64,000 bases of DNA from Eledone cirrhosa (lineage: Eukaryota). The translations under genes were made by a program, and so were the position numbers. Location: contig OZ024749.1 of NCBI GenBank assembly GCA_964016885.1, positions 48,608,001-48,672,000 of the forward strand, written 5' to 3'. The notes beneath the pieces are model-generated. The model ran no database searches, was not told the origin of the DNA, and was given only the letters and a program-made list of their open reading frames with translations. This document shows, one piece after another, positions 47,257 to 60,950 of the stretch; the stretch's first letter is position 1; every line of letters begins with the position of its first letter.

Positions 47257-47337
47257 GTATTTACATTAATATATATATATATTCGTAATGCACTGCTTGT
47301 TTTTCTTTTGCTCCTTGGCAATATATATATATATATA

Positions 47338-47418
<81 letters not shown>

Positions 47419-47422
47419 CATA

Positions 47423-47497
<75 letters not shown>

Positions 47498-47498
47498 T

Positions 47499-47543
<45 letters not shown>

Positions 47544-47544
47544 G

Positions 47545-47581
<37 letters not shown>

Positions 47582-47656
47582 GTGTGTGTGTAAGAATTTA
47601 GAAGCTATATGTATATATATGTAGGTGTAGATAGAGAGATAAAGAGACAGAGAGTA

Positions 47657-47735
<79 letters not shown>

Positions 47736-50547
47736 GAGAGAGAGAAAATGGGTATTTGGGGGCTAGTAAGCCGATTATGTCCATAATAAATACGTTTCAC
47801 TTTATTTTATGTAACCAGAATTGAAATATTTATTCATTTCAAGATATACTCTACATGAGGGTAAACATTGAAAATAATAATATATTAAAACCCAGGTCTA
47901 CTGTTTGTTTTATTCCCTTTGTCTCGGTATTAATTTGTTCTCATCTGTTAACTTGAGATATATGTATAGTAGGCCAAATCATATTTCTCGCTGTATCCTT
48001 TCTGCAAACAATGATCAATTAATTTCGCTAGATTAATTAAATAATTATAGAAAGTTTATCTTAGTGCGTTCATTAGATCAGTCCAAAAATGTTGTATTAA
48101 TTTTTGCAGAACATATCTTGACCTTTCATGACTTATATGAAACATGTCGAATATTTAGTAACCAACTTGAAAACCTAAATACGCTCCTTAATTAAGAAGC
48201 TTATGATCATTAAATATTCTTTTTCATATTGAAGTCTTACAATCTAATCTTACATATTTCCTACTTTGCTAGAAATAGCAGCCAATATGACTCACTATAT
48301 TCTATGTGTCATGAAAAAAATTCAGTATTTGATCTAAGTAAAAAGAAAAACAACCTTCCTCTAGACATCAATCTCACAGTATACAGACTATGAAATTATA
48401 ATATAACTGCTCAGTACCTGTCTCAGCATATTTAATTCTAATATAATCTTCTTATACTTCTTGGAATATGTATATTGTTTTATGTAGCGATCAATGCTGG
48501 AACACACATACATATAAAAGAACAGCTAAACACACTCTCACACAGACGTTAACCTATGTATTGGAGTATAATTATTCTTGTATAATTATACTTTTTGATT
48601 AAGTTCTAATTTCTATTCGTATGTAAGATGTTTAAAGTTTCCACTAGACACACACAAACATGAAATAATTATCATGTGTCTGATATCATTTCCTCCATAT
48701 GAAGTGGAATAGAAGAAACTTTAGAATTGGGGATTACATATGGTTTTGTTTTTTCAGGATTTAAGTCTATGACTTCGTGTACAATTGTAAAAGTTAAAGT
48801 CACAAATCAAGTTAGTATGACATGTTTTGAATAGTTTATATTGGTTCGTGTAACAAATAAAGGATACACATTTTAATATTATTGTGTTCATATATGTCTA
48901 AGGGTTGTGGTAATATAGAATCATCCATTTCGTCTGAAGTATCAATATGTCTTGTAAGTTCATGCGGTATATATTGGTTGGTTTTTGTTGTGTTTTGTTT
49001 GTGTAAGTGGACTCCATATGTGGTTAGAACGTTCACTTTGCTTTCATTATATGCAGTAGGCGATCTCCCTACATGATATATTGGTCAGGTATTATTCAAC
49101 ATAGCCTCTGGTTAACATATCATTAAGAGTGATATTTAATACACAGAAACTCTTTTGAATTTCGTCGTATGGACCTTTCCTCGAATGCAAAGGGCCAGAT
49201 TATTCACACATTCTTTCTCATTGAAAAGTACGTTAATTATACACGCGTCAACGGAAAATCCTTAATGGTCAATCTCTGTTTAATTGAATGGATAAAAAGA
49301 TCTGAATTATAATGATGTGAGAAAAACTAATTTATGCAATTAAGAACCAAGCATAAAATATGATATTGGGTATATAATATTATTATGTTTAATCTTTTGC
49401 CAGAACAGTTTCAATAATATCTATTCACTTACAATGTAATTAATTCTATTACTTCCAGTTGAAATGGCAATCGATTTTAGAAATGTATGTCATTCTGAAT
49501 GGTAGTATGGTCTTAATTGCGGTGAAATCCTCTTGACCGCAAATTGGCACTTAGACCTTACCTTGTCACTCTATGAAACTACAATCACAAGCTCGAGTAA
49601 ATCATCCTGTCATATCGTCTAAAACTGCAAATACGATCGACATATTTCGTCGATGAAATGATTTGAATATTTGATTCATCAAAAGAGCATTGCTAACAAC
49701 ATTAAAGGATAGGATTGCTTCAATACTTTAAAGTTCCATGAAATAAGAGGCAAAATAGAAATTCTTGTTCAACTCAAGGGGATTGGCAAATAAATTGAGA
49801 CAATAATTTATACTTTCATGAAATGAATTGAAAATTATAATTTTGTTCTTTTATTTACATATATTTGTTTTATTTTTCATCATCAAATACCCCTTAAAAT
49901 CAGATATTATCGTAGTTGAGATTAACGTGTCACAGGGAAAGAGAGAAAGTTTTTCAATCTTCTTAAAGTTAATTTTAGAATTATATTTCAAAAGCTAGCT
50001 TGTTTTAAAATTGATTTTCATATTATCAGGCTGTTGGTAGTTCATGCGAAATGTTTATAGCAGCAAGCCAGGAGGAAGTGATAGAGGATTAGTGATGAGT
50101 GTTAGAAGGGGATTACTGAATTAATTTAGGAAAGAGATTATTGACATATAACTTGACCTCACTTGGAGGAGCTTAAATGCGGTACTTTATAATTAAAAGA
50201 GAAAGGTTTTTTTAAAAAGGACAGAAATCGAATTTCCATTCGTCTGAATTATTTGTATACATAACGCATTTCATATTCATGAAAAAAAAAACATCTTTAA
50301 ATTTATTTTAATTCCTGCGAAGAGAATATTTATCGAACTTTCTATCATTGATTTAGTTTTCAAGAACGAATAAACGGATCGATGACGAGCGGTTTTGTCA
50401 TTCATTCAATAATTCTTCTGAAGCGGTGAATATTTATTCGTTGATTTACTGAATAATGTTGGTATAAAAGAGCTACAATCATAACATAATACATTGAATT
50501 ACAGTCAAATGTAGTTTATGTATTCAGTAGGAAACAAGGCCTATATA

Positions 50548-50689
50548 TAGGAAATTGTTTAACACCGACGGCAGAGCTCAAGCCGTTTCGACGGCTATTA
50601 AAAATTTTCCTAATACCCACTCTACTACCCTAAGTATTGAGTACTCTGGTGCGTTATGGTCCATATGGTTCCTAACCACACATCATTCG

Positions 50690-50691
<2 letters not shown>
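50548..50691 (+). mobile_element. PLE-like family A, second copy (inverted arm plus tail)
   Basis: Shares GAGCTCAAGCCGTTTCGACGGCTA and TACCCACTCTACTAC.CTAAGTATTGAGTACT.TGGTGCGTTATGGTCCA with 30195-30388. TA flanks. Confidence 0.8.
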
Positions 50692-50729
<38 letters not shown>

Positions 50730-52753
50730 GTGTGTGTGTGTGTGTGTATAAAGGAACGTTATACATTGTATATAAAACTGTTGTACGCAAAGCCTGCTTT
50801 CTCCATTTGTGAGATATTCAAAAGGTTTCTTATTATGTTAAATTGTGTTTTCCTCAGATACAAGTAGAATGTTGGTATCAAGTTAATTAAGATATCAAAG
50901 TTAACCAGAAACAAAAGCTGCCCAAGAGTAACTTATGTACATTCCTTAAAGTTTAATCGAACTGATGTCACCGTACGTAAATTCAATTTATTTCTTCTGT
51001 GTAAGAAACTCTTTTACGAAAATTGTACTAGGCATTTTAGTAAAGATTATAGCGTTAGATCTTCATATTCGCCAATTATATTGGTCACCAATGTACACAT
51101 CGTATAATATGCAGTTAAAAATGTGAAACCGTTGGAATCATGTTGTATATTTAGTTGAGCTCAACTTGATGTGACGAAATTCATTATAAACATTTCATTA
51201 AATTATGTAGCTGATTTCATTATGGATGTGTTTTCTTCAAATGTACTCACATATTTACATTCAATTAGGTTCCGCTATTTGAAAGATAGGTTTCAGCAAT
51301 ATATACATATAGTGGATGTCAGATTCTATATTTTTTTGATATTATAGTGTTAATTAAACAAACACCTATCATGAGTAGCTCTCACAATATTACTTATATA
51401 GTTTAACTCTAGTGAAACACGAACTAATGCCCTATGTAATGAATTGCCGCATCGATACATGATCTCTAATATGCATATACAAATATCAATTGATTTGTTC
51501 GCTTCATCATAGGTGTTTATATATACGCATGTGCATATCTAATAGTATACGTTATGTTTAGGAATAAACATTTCAAAGACTTTAGCTATGAATTGGAAAG
51601 TGATGGCGAATCAACATCTACCGTGTTCCAGAATTGTAATATTCCAGAAAGTCACAGACTTTAATTCTGAATTTATGATAAGACTGTAGATGTAGCAACA
51701 CATAGTTTGCGCCCCATAGAATTCAAGTTGCCATCGTAGTCTATACGTATTACTTAAACAGATATTATGATCATGACCGTACTAAGAGGTCACATGTTAT
51801 TGATGAAATAGTAACATTTCCCAAGTTCAAGTCAATGTTGCCATGATTTTAAATTGTCTCAATAAGATTAATGTACAATCAAGAAAAGATATATCCCTTA
51901 ATTTCACTTTATTTATCTTTTATTTCGCAGTCGAATTACAATGTGAACAAACATATAATCAATATGTGACACTGTTATAATAATCAATACATTCATTAAA
52001 TTAATATTCTATTGAAATACATTCACTTTCATATATGCTTTTTGGTTGTGCTTGAAATGATTGAGTTTGTAGCAAATAATCGACTATCTATTAATATATT
52101 CAAAGAACCAGTGTAGTTCATGAAATCACAATCCAGATTAAGAACTAAGTGCTTTATAAAAATGATTACGACACATGGCCTTCTTACTATGCAAGGGGAG
52201 ACCATGATATACTTTGCCATATAATCATAGTCTTAGTTTGCCCTAATCTGGTTCTGAATGAAAAACTCTATAAACAAAATATTCTACGTGCGACGATCCG
52301 GCCATTTTTTTATGTCATTCCTTTCATTTTTTTAAAATATGGTTTGACATGATTTTCACTGGAACTGGATATCATGTCTACGTACACAACATATATGTAC
52401 AGAACGCCTTGGCTACTTTAATATTGAATTGGTATTGCTTAACTTGAAGGATCCAAGATGACTGTCTATCACAAGGGATCCTTCTTCGAAAGTTCTCCAA
52501 AATATTTATGTAACACTCGAACCACCTTTGACCCAGAATCAATTACTGTCATCTGCACAAAATCCATCGAACTAATAGATACATCTTTTCGCGCTATAGG
52601 CATTCAAGTGTTGAGGAAAGCTTTGGGTGAAACACATATCTTCATGCATGGTTTATTAACTTTTGGTGGAACCTACTGTACTCTTAAAACCGAACTAGCC
52701 CTTTGGACTATGTGCTCTACTAACTTCGGATGTAACTTCCCGGTCCTTCAACG

Positions 52754-52826
<73 letters not shown>

Positions 52827-52867
52827 TATTTTTTTTTTCCGTTTATATATATATATATATGTATATA

Positions 52868-53045
52868 GTAATAATAATAAATTTGAAGACTGAAATCTGA
52901 AGAGGGCTTGATAACGATAATATATATAATATATAAAACCGTGGAGCAAATACTTATTAAAATAACAGATTAAAGTTTAAGGGAAGATCCCATTACAGGT
53001 GGAAGCAGCGATTTTTTGCTTAAACTTTAATCTGTTATTTTAATA
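52868..53045 (-). mobile_element. PLE-like family C, second copy, opposite orientation
   Basis: TATTAAAATAACAGATTAAAGTTTAAG and its reverse complement, plus the reversed tail. TA flanks. Confidence 0.8.
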
Positions 53046-54006
53046 TATATTAAATATAGAGAAAGGGGCAGAGACAGTGAGAGTGAAAGAGAGAGAGAGG
53101 AAAGTGTGCATGTATGTGTTTACTGCACATGCGCACACTTAAGAGAGTGAAAATGAGATTGTGTAAGCTGAAAAAATATTTCCAAGTTAATTTTTGTTTT
53201 TCTCTTTGTTTTGGTTTTACATGATACTTTGATAATCACATTTGAATTTCTAGGCTAGTACGATTCTTGGAACCATGAATAACTTTAGCTTAACATCGAG
53301 CAATTATTTTTGTTGTGTGCTCCTATTCCGTTAGGCGAGATTTTAATAAGATCTTGTTTGGGGGTTTACAAGACGTATCCAATTAGTGTACTATTAAAAG
53401 TGGCACAGTTTTAAAGAGTAACTATTTCCCTCCATGTCTGTCTCTAATTAGATACGATACTATTCCATACGATTTTTTACCTCAGAGGATTTAAAAAATA
53501 TTGAGCTGTATTCTGCATTGATATTGTCTCTTTTGTTATCATTCGGCTATAGTCGTATATATCATATTAATATGTTGTTGTTTGTTCGCATTTCATCAGA
53601 CAGCATATGTTGTATGAGTTATGTGTAATTAATATGTTAGTGGCATAATTTAAGAAAGACATTGTTAACACGGCTATTTCTGGAAGTTATAGACGTTTCT
53701 GCTAGAACTTTAGATTTTCTTGGCTTCTTTGAAAGAAGAGAAAATATATATATGATCGTATAACCATTTATAATGAGAACTGCTCCAAACGGAGTAGAAC
53801 TGTTTATACTAGAGCTATACTGATTTACTTTTGATAATGCAGTATATATTTATTTAGTTATTTTTGTTAGGTCATGAAGCAAAATGAATAAGCAACAGAA
53901 AGTGCTACCTTAATTATAGTTTAACTGTACAGACATGTAGCAACATTGCAGAGAAATACATTGTAAATCAGTAACTCTTCATTTGCAACTTTTATACTTT
54001 ACTGAG

Positions 54007-54080
<74 letters not shown>

Positions 54081-54116
54081 TTGCGAGGTTTGTTATATGA
54101 AATCGTGTGTCGAAAC

Positions 54117-54658
54117 AAATATTGTTATACTTGGGGAGGGTCATATTTGTGCAATATAAATACAATAAAATAAAATAAAATAAATAAATAAATAAATACA
54201 TACACAAGCACAATAACAACAAACACATAAACACACATTAGTCACCCAATCACGAACACACATCACACATCAAACTAAACACTATACACACACGCAAACG
54301 CATGCGCAAAGAAGACAAAATAAAATAAACAAACAAGCAAATAAATAAATAAATATATAGACAGACTGAATAAAAATGGCGTAGCCATACAATTCAACAG
54401 GAGGAAAAAATAGCACCACAGACGATGTTGCAGATGTGCAACGAAAGATTTATGATAAACTATATATATGTGTTTGTGTCTATATTGTATCTGTATTATT
54501 CTTTGACCGTCCGTCAGTCAATGGCAACATTGAGGACCGAATAAGTTAGATTACCGATATAAAAGACACAGAAGCGAAAAGCGAAAACCAACCAAACAGT
54601 GAGTGTGTTCTGTTATTAATTCTGGCAATATTACACAAATATGACCCTCCCCAAGTAT

Positions 54659-54700
<42 letters not shown>

Positions 54701-54737
54701 TGTTATACTTGAGGAGGGTCATATTTGTGTAATATTT
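54117..54737 (+). mobile_element. PLE family E remnant with a degenerate hammerhead and three copies of the terminal ~40 bp
   Basis: CAGACGA-T-GTTGCA-GATG-TGCAAC-GAAA-GATT-TA at 54419-54452. Terminal CAAATATGACCCTCCCCAAGTATAACAATA is direct at ~54635-54664 and inverted at ~54120-54158 and ~54698-54737. Homologous to 59240-59537. Confidence 0.7.
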
Positions 54738-54830
54738 CTCTCTCTCTCTCCTTCTCTCTTTATATATATATATAAAGAGAGAAGGAGAGAGAGAGAGAAA
54801 GAGAGAGGGTAGATTCATCAGTCTAAAAAA

Positions 54831-54942
54831 TAAGGATGAAAGGCAAAGTGAACCTCGGCAGGATTTGAACTCAGACCGTAAATAGACGTAACTAGGCTGG
54901 AAAGCATGGCGTCCGACTCTCTACCGATACTGCCAGTCCACC
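54831..54942 (-). mobile_element. SINE 5' portion
   Basis: TAAGGATGAAAGGCAAAGTGAACCTCGGCAGGATTTGAACTCAG...GATACTGCCAGTCCACC. Confidence 0.9.
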
Positions 54943-55002
54943 AATGATGATGATTAAAATAATGATAGTAATAATAAACGCAGCAGAAGCAGTAGCAACA
55001 AC

Positions 55003-55068
<66 letters not shown>

Positions 55069-55103
55069 TGTAGTAGTAACAGTAGTAGTAGTAGTAGTAA
55101 CAT

Positions 55104-55178
<75 letters not shown>
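55003..55178. repeat. (AGT)n trinucleotide microsatellite
   Basis: Directly visible. Source of the poly-T and poly-V ORFs. Confidence 0.98.
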
Positions 55179-56278
55179 ACAATTTAAAAACGTATCTTGT
55201 TATGTTTTATTTTGCGTTTAGGTGGGAGTGGAAGGGTATTTCCTATACACATTCTCAAGAAAGTCAACATTTTTTTAGAGCAGGAGGGATTGGGAGCGAG
55301 TGAGTTAGACGGAAAGTGTTAGTAGTATGAGAAGGAGGGTGAGAGAGATGTATGTAGAAAGGGAAAATTAAACATCTTAGTAGTAGTAGTAGTAGTTTGA
55401 AAGATTCAACTTTTATTGTCACTGTTAATAACACATAAATGACTTGTTATGTTGGTAAACTGATCGGCGGTTTACTTCTGTAGTTGAGCTCCTCTATGTT
55501 CGGAACTCATGTACGGGTATGTGAATGCTTACTGTCTTATCAATATAATGTCTATTTCCAATCTGTTCAAACGCTATACACACAGTTAGCAAGAAGTCAG
55601 GGAATTATTTTTATCATGTTCTGATACAGTGTTTTGTGAGATGTTTCGCAAACATGACGTAAATAATATCATTCTTAATGATGCTAAATTAATTATTACA
55701 CTAGTGGCGTATTAGTTTTCGACTTTAGTAGAATTGAAAATCTGGTACATTACCTGATAGATAATAAATGGTATACAAGGTTTCTTATAAGATTTAACGA
55801 TAACTTCTCTTCCGACAGTAAACATATATCAGTTGGGAATGTTTTCAAAAGCAATGCAATATTAAAATCAGCACCGATTGTGATTAACATAAATTAACTT
55901 AATAAGATTTGAAAACAAAATAAAATTTGTGTTGAAACGAAAATAACTGTAAATCATCTTAAGCTCCTCTGAGAATTCTTTGTAAATTCTTAACAAAAAT
56001 ATAAAAGAAACGTGAGTGAAATAGACTGTGAAACGTTCCTAATTTAATTATACATTACATGAAACAAATGTTATAACAAGTCAACCTTGATGTCAAAAAA
56101 CTTAGCTGAAAAACAAAGGAATTGCACACATGCGAATGTATACATATATATCATCAGAAGACATAAGAGAGAGAAGATAAAGCCGTCACACAAACATAAG
56201 TGTATATATATATAGACACACACATACACATAAACACACACACACACACACACACACACGCGCACACACACACACACA

Positions 56279-56379
<101 letters not shown>

Positions 56380-56428
56380 TATATATAAATATATATATAT
56401 ATATAAATATATATAAATATATATATAA

Positions 56429-56471
<43 letters not shown>

Positions 56472-56482
56472 TACATATATTT

Positions 56483-56561
<79 letters not shown>

Positions 56562-56627
56562 TACATATATACATATATTTATACATATATATATATATAT
56601 TTATATATATATATATATGTATATATA

Positions 56628-58253
56628 TATTGAAAGGATAACAAGGACGATTGGTTACTCCTTCATTACATTTATTGGTAGGTGACGCACGTTTCGCCAC
56701 TGATCAACTCAAAGCTCGATCTGCATCGGTCCTACACGACTCAATGATAGGCAACTCGACGGACCCTTTAAAATGCTATGAAGAAAATGAAATACATGTT
56801 ATGTGGTACAGACAGAAGTTCAACAATTTGACATTATGAGTTGTTTTGATTGGTGGGAAGGATCAAAGGGATGTACTGGCCTGTAGTGTATGTGTGGGTG
56901 GATGTGATGATAAGATGTTGATGACGGTCGCTGGCTGCGATGGGCTATGATGTGGTGGTGGCGGATTGGTTTTGGCCTGTAGTGTATGTGGGGGTGGATG
57001 TGATGATACGATGGTGGTGACGGTCGTTGACTGGGATGGCGTTGCACATATAGACATACCCATACATACACACATAAACACATACGGACATGCACACATA
57101 CACGTACACACACGTATACATAAACATACACATACATATATATATACAAACTCATATATACAGAGAGAGAAGACAATGTTGCAACATTGTGTTCTATCTG
57201 TCCTCTCTGTCAGGTTTTACCTTGCAAGCCATAGTAACATCTGATCCTGAACATATAATGTCGTTAATATCACACCATCGCCACCACCACCACCACAGCA
57301 CACATCGTCATATGTCTACCATCCACACCCGCAACCTTATTCCCCCATGTTCCCTCTGTCTACCTTAACCTACAACCCCACGCTAAATTCGACCCTGTAA
57401 ATGTACTGTCGCACACACCACCACCGCCAACACTAGATACATCCACATACTTCAACAATCATTAACATCATTAACATCATCAACAAATATCATCCCTCAC
57501 TCCCAGATCGACTGTGTTATATCCGCCCTCCGTCTTGCCTTACCATGTAACCCACCGAAACATCTGATCATGAAATCATGTTGTTGAACATATCACCCCA
57601 GAACCACCACCACCACTATTACCACAACACATATCGCTATACGTCCATAAACTCCCTCCCCCCGTTCCCTATGCCGCCATTTAACCTGTAACCCATTCGA
57701 TAATGTATATTTTTGTCGCTAAAAACTCCACCACCACAAGACACAACTCCATATCTCAACATCCATTAACTTCATCAACACCGCCAACACATACCTTCCC
57801 TCTCGAACCAACGCAAGTGTGTGTGTCTGTGTGTAGACATGTTTTATATATATGTGCGTATACATATGTGTATGTGTATGTATATATATATATACATATA
57901 TATATATGTGTATATATATGTGTGTATGTATGTATGTATGTATGTATGTATGTATGTATGTTTATGTACACGTGTGTGTACGTGTATGTGTGCATATATG
58001 TATGGGTGTATGTGTGCATGTATGTGTATGTATATATATGTACAACACCATCTCGATTGGCTCCCACCTTCCCCCTATCTTTGTTCTACGCCACCCCCAC
58101 CGATACTCCCCCACTCTCTCTATATATATCCACACGTGCGCATGCACATACATGTGTGTATATATGCATATGGATATATGTATGTGTGGATCTATGTGGG
58201 CATGTGTATGTGTGTGTGTGAGTGTCTACGTATGTATATATATCAGTATATAT

Positions 58254-58291
<38 letters not shown>

Positions 58292-58867
58292 ACACAACGA
58301 ATTTGTCTAGGTATGTAACTCCCCATGAACTCGATACCACCAACACACCCACCACACCACCACAAACGCCACTACCATAAACAACAATACGACAACCTCA
58401 CCCCACACACGCCAAGCCGTCTACCGACAACCCACTACCCCCACACCACAGCCCATGCCAGTCAGCGACCGTCACCACCATCTTATCATCACATCCATCC
58501 CCTCATACACTACAGGCCAGTACATCCCTTTGATCCTTCTCACCAATCAAAACAACTCATATTGTCAAACTCTTGAACTTCTGTCTTTACCACATAGCAT
58601 GTATTTCATTTTCTCCATAGCATTTTAAAGGGTCCGTCGAGCTGCCGATCATTGAGTCGTGTAGGATCGATACAGAACGAACCTTGAGCTGATCAGTGGC
58701 GAAAGGCGCGTCACCTAACAATACATGTAATGAAGGAGTAACCAATCGTCCTTGTTATCCTTTCAATATATTACACTCTGTATAGCTCTACACCTCATCA
58801 CAGAAGTTAACCTGAACATCGAGTGCTCTCCCGGGTGAAGCTGCAGTAACTTCATGTTACACACCCT

Positions 58868-58871
<4 letters not shown>
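56628..58871 (+). mobile_element. PLE-like family F: 2.2-kb insertion with ~330-bp inverted arms and a ~100-bp tail, within (TA)n
   Basis: 56628-~56960 is a diverged reverse complement of ~58441-58770. The arm consensus GCGAAACGCGCGTC is a PLE hammerhead-type motif. Tail contains ATCGAGTGCTCT. CA-rich interior with tandem duplications. Confidence 0.75.
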
Positions 58872-58902
<31 letters not shown>

Positions 58903-58906
<4 letters not shown>

Positions 58907-59537
58907 TTAGTTAAGCAAAACAAGACCACCAATTTCACAAGGAAGACATTATTAAAAGATTGTCAACATATTTTAGTTTGATGTAAGGAATGTAGAGAAT
59001 AATAATAATAATAGAATCTACACACAAAAAAGACGCAATGTTTAGACAAATTACAGAGGCAATAAACATAAAAGAATTACAACCAATGTTAAATAGAAAA
59101 TATGAGTGGAACAGCAACATCACAACTTACAATTAAGGACAAAATGAAAACACAAACACACATAGAACAAACAACCAACCAGTAACATGTAAATAAACAA
59201 ATAGATAAATGAACATAAACACACACAGACACCCGGATGTGGCGCATGCGCAGACTGAGCACACAACACACACACAGAAACAAAATGGCGTAGGACAGAA
59301 CAAAGGAGAGGCACAGAAACAAAGAAAGGAATCCCCAGTCACTGAAGAGGTCACAGAGTGTGTGACGAAATAACTATGACTATATATATAAACAACTATC
59401 TGGTTGTGGAACCAACCAACCAACCAGAAATTTATAAATTTATAAATTTATTATAAATTGATTATAATAATTTGAAGTGAACGCAACTGGGGCGTGTGTT
59501 TCTTATTGGCAACATGGCCCTCCCAAAGTATAACAAT
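58903..59537 (+). mobile_element. 5'-truncated Penelope-like element (family E): GIY-YIG C-terminus plus pseudo-LTR
   Basis: 58996-59136 encodes RIIIIIESTHKKDAMFRQITEAINIKELQPMLNRKYEWNSNITTYN*, matching the PLE endonuclease end R.I.EA..I....P..N.K.EW. It is followed by promoter-like motifs and a hammerhead. Confidence 0.82.
59337..59381 (+). ncRNA. Minimal type I hammerhead ribozyme
   Basis: Helix I AGTCA/TGACT; core CTGAAGA(G); helix II GTCACA/TGTGAC with GAGTG loop; GAAA; 1-bp helix III with TAAC loop; predicted cleavage after CUA (59376). Confidence 0.8.
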
Positions 59538-59560
59538 AATAATAATATTAATAATAATAA

Positions 59561-59667
59561 CTGTTTCTACTTTAGGTACAAGGCCAGCAATTACTCAGTG
59601 CATTACTGGTACTTTATTTTATCGACCCCGTAAGGATGAAAGGCAAAGTCAACCTCGGCGGGATTTG
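59561..59667 (-). mobile_element. SINE, 5'-truncated, with 17-bp TSD
   Basis: TSD AATATTAATAATAATAA at 59544-59560 and 59668-59684. Confidence 0.92.
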
Positions 59668-59699
59668 AATATTAATAATAATAATGTCCGTTTACAATT

Positions 59700-60950
59700 C
59701 TTTCGCTACTCCATATAATATTTCTGGATCAGATGTCTATATATCATAATTGAAAGGCACATGCCTTTACGCTTTGGCTTCTAACTAATTCACAAATCTC
59801 TCCTCTCATATCTCCTCTCCTATCTCCATGTGTATTCGAGGCTGTGCTGTGTGCGTATATAAGTCAGCAATGTACGGTTGGTTGTATGAGTTGTTTAAGC
59901 GATGCAAGTGTTATATGAGTTTGAATCTGAATGTTTTTAATATTTAAACGGACTGGCTACGTGTGTGTGTGTGTGTGTATTAGTATGAGTGACTGTATAT
60001 TTGCTGGGGTTCAATAAACTATAATTGGTAATTTTGAGCACTGGAAATGGTGGATTGGTTTCAATCTTAAAACACAACTAAATCTTGTTCAGTCCGGAGG
60101 GGAGATATTGTTGCTGTGATGAGCGAGACATTGCAGGGTAGAAAAAGGGGCTTTGTGGAATGATTAGGGACAGCATTTCACGGGAAAATGAGTGTCGTTG
60201 ACACGTCGGATGACCACCAACTGCCAGGATGCAGCCAATTCGTTCAATGAATATGCAAAGAGACCATCCTAGGAAATAGAGAGCGTAGGACAGGTACAGG
60301 TGAAAGAAGGAAAGATGTGCAAGGAATGTTGATTAACGCAAAATAAGGTGGTTAGGTGAGGTTGGTGATGAAGGGACTGTTTCACCATAGAAAGTGGGAG
60401 CAAGTGAAGATAAATAGCCAAATTACTAGATCTTATATATCCGTGTAGATTGGATTTGTAGAAGTTCTATTTTGCTAAAAAACACGAAGGGGGATGATGA
60501 GAAAGGAGTAATCAGAATAATTGCAGGATGCAACGCTGCAGGATTAATTTCAAGAGATGGAATATGAGGGAATTAAAGTTGAGTGGTAGAGGGTTTGAAA
60601 AGTCTGACTTCGGGTGGACTTACAGAGCACACGTTAGAGTGACTTGGAAACGTTTTGGTGGTATCTGCGCTTAATAAAACGAAAAAGCGGTGAGATGAGC
60701 ATAGGTATGAAAGACATGATTTCAGCTGCAGAGATAGTTCTGTGGTGAAAATTCGATGAATGGCATGTAAAGTTGTTTGTAGGTGGAATTGGGTAAGATG
60801 AAGTTGAAATGGGGATGGGTCTCAGCAGGTTTCTAGACGATGGAGACGTAAAGATGACAAGATGTTTTATAGAATGTAATATATTACGGATTTGTAACGA
60901 AAGGGGTGCATATACATGTGTGTGTGTGCTTCTGTGTTTACTTATGTGAT
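59700..60950 (-). mobile_element. Highly degenerate Penelope-like fragment
   Basis: Minus ORF has Y.PLSLQIRNIL and NNFTCHSSN, resembling the PLE linker and GIY-YIG start (YHP..L.I..I; SFTC.SSN). The CA-rich strand and the end (GCCAAAGCGTA...CCTTTCAAT) resemble other PLE ends here. Confidence 0.4.
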
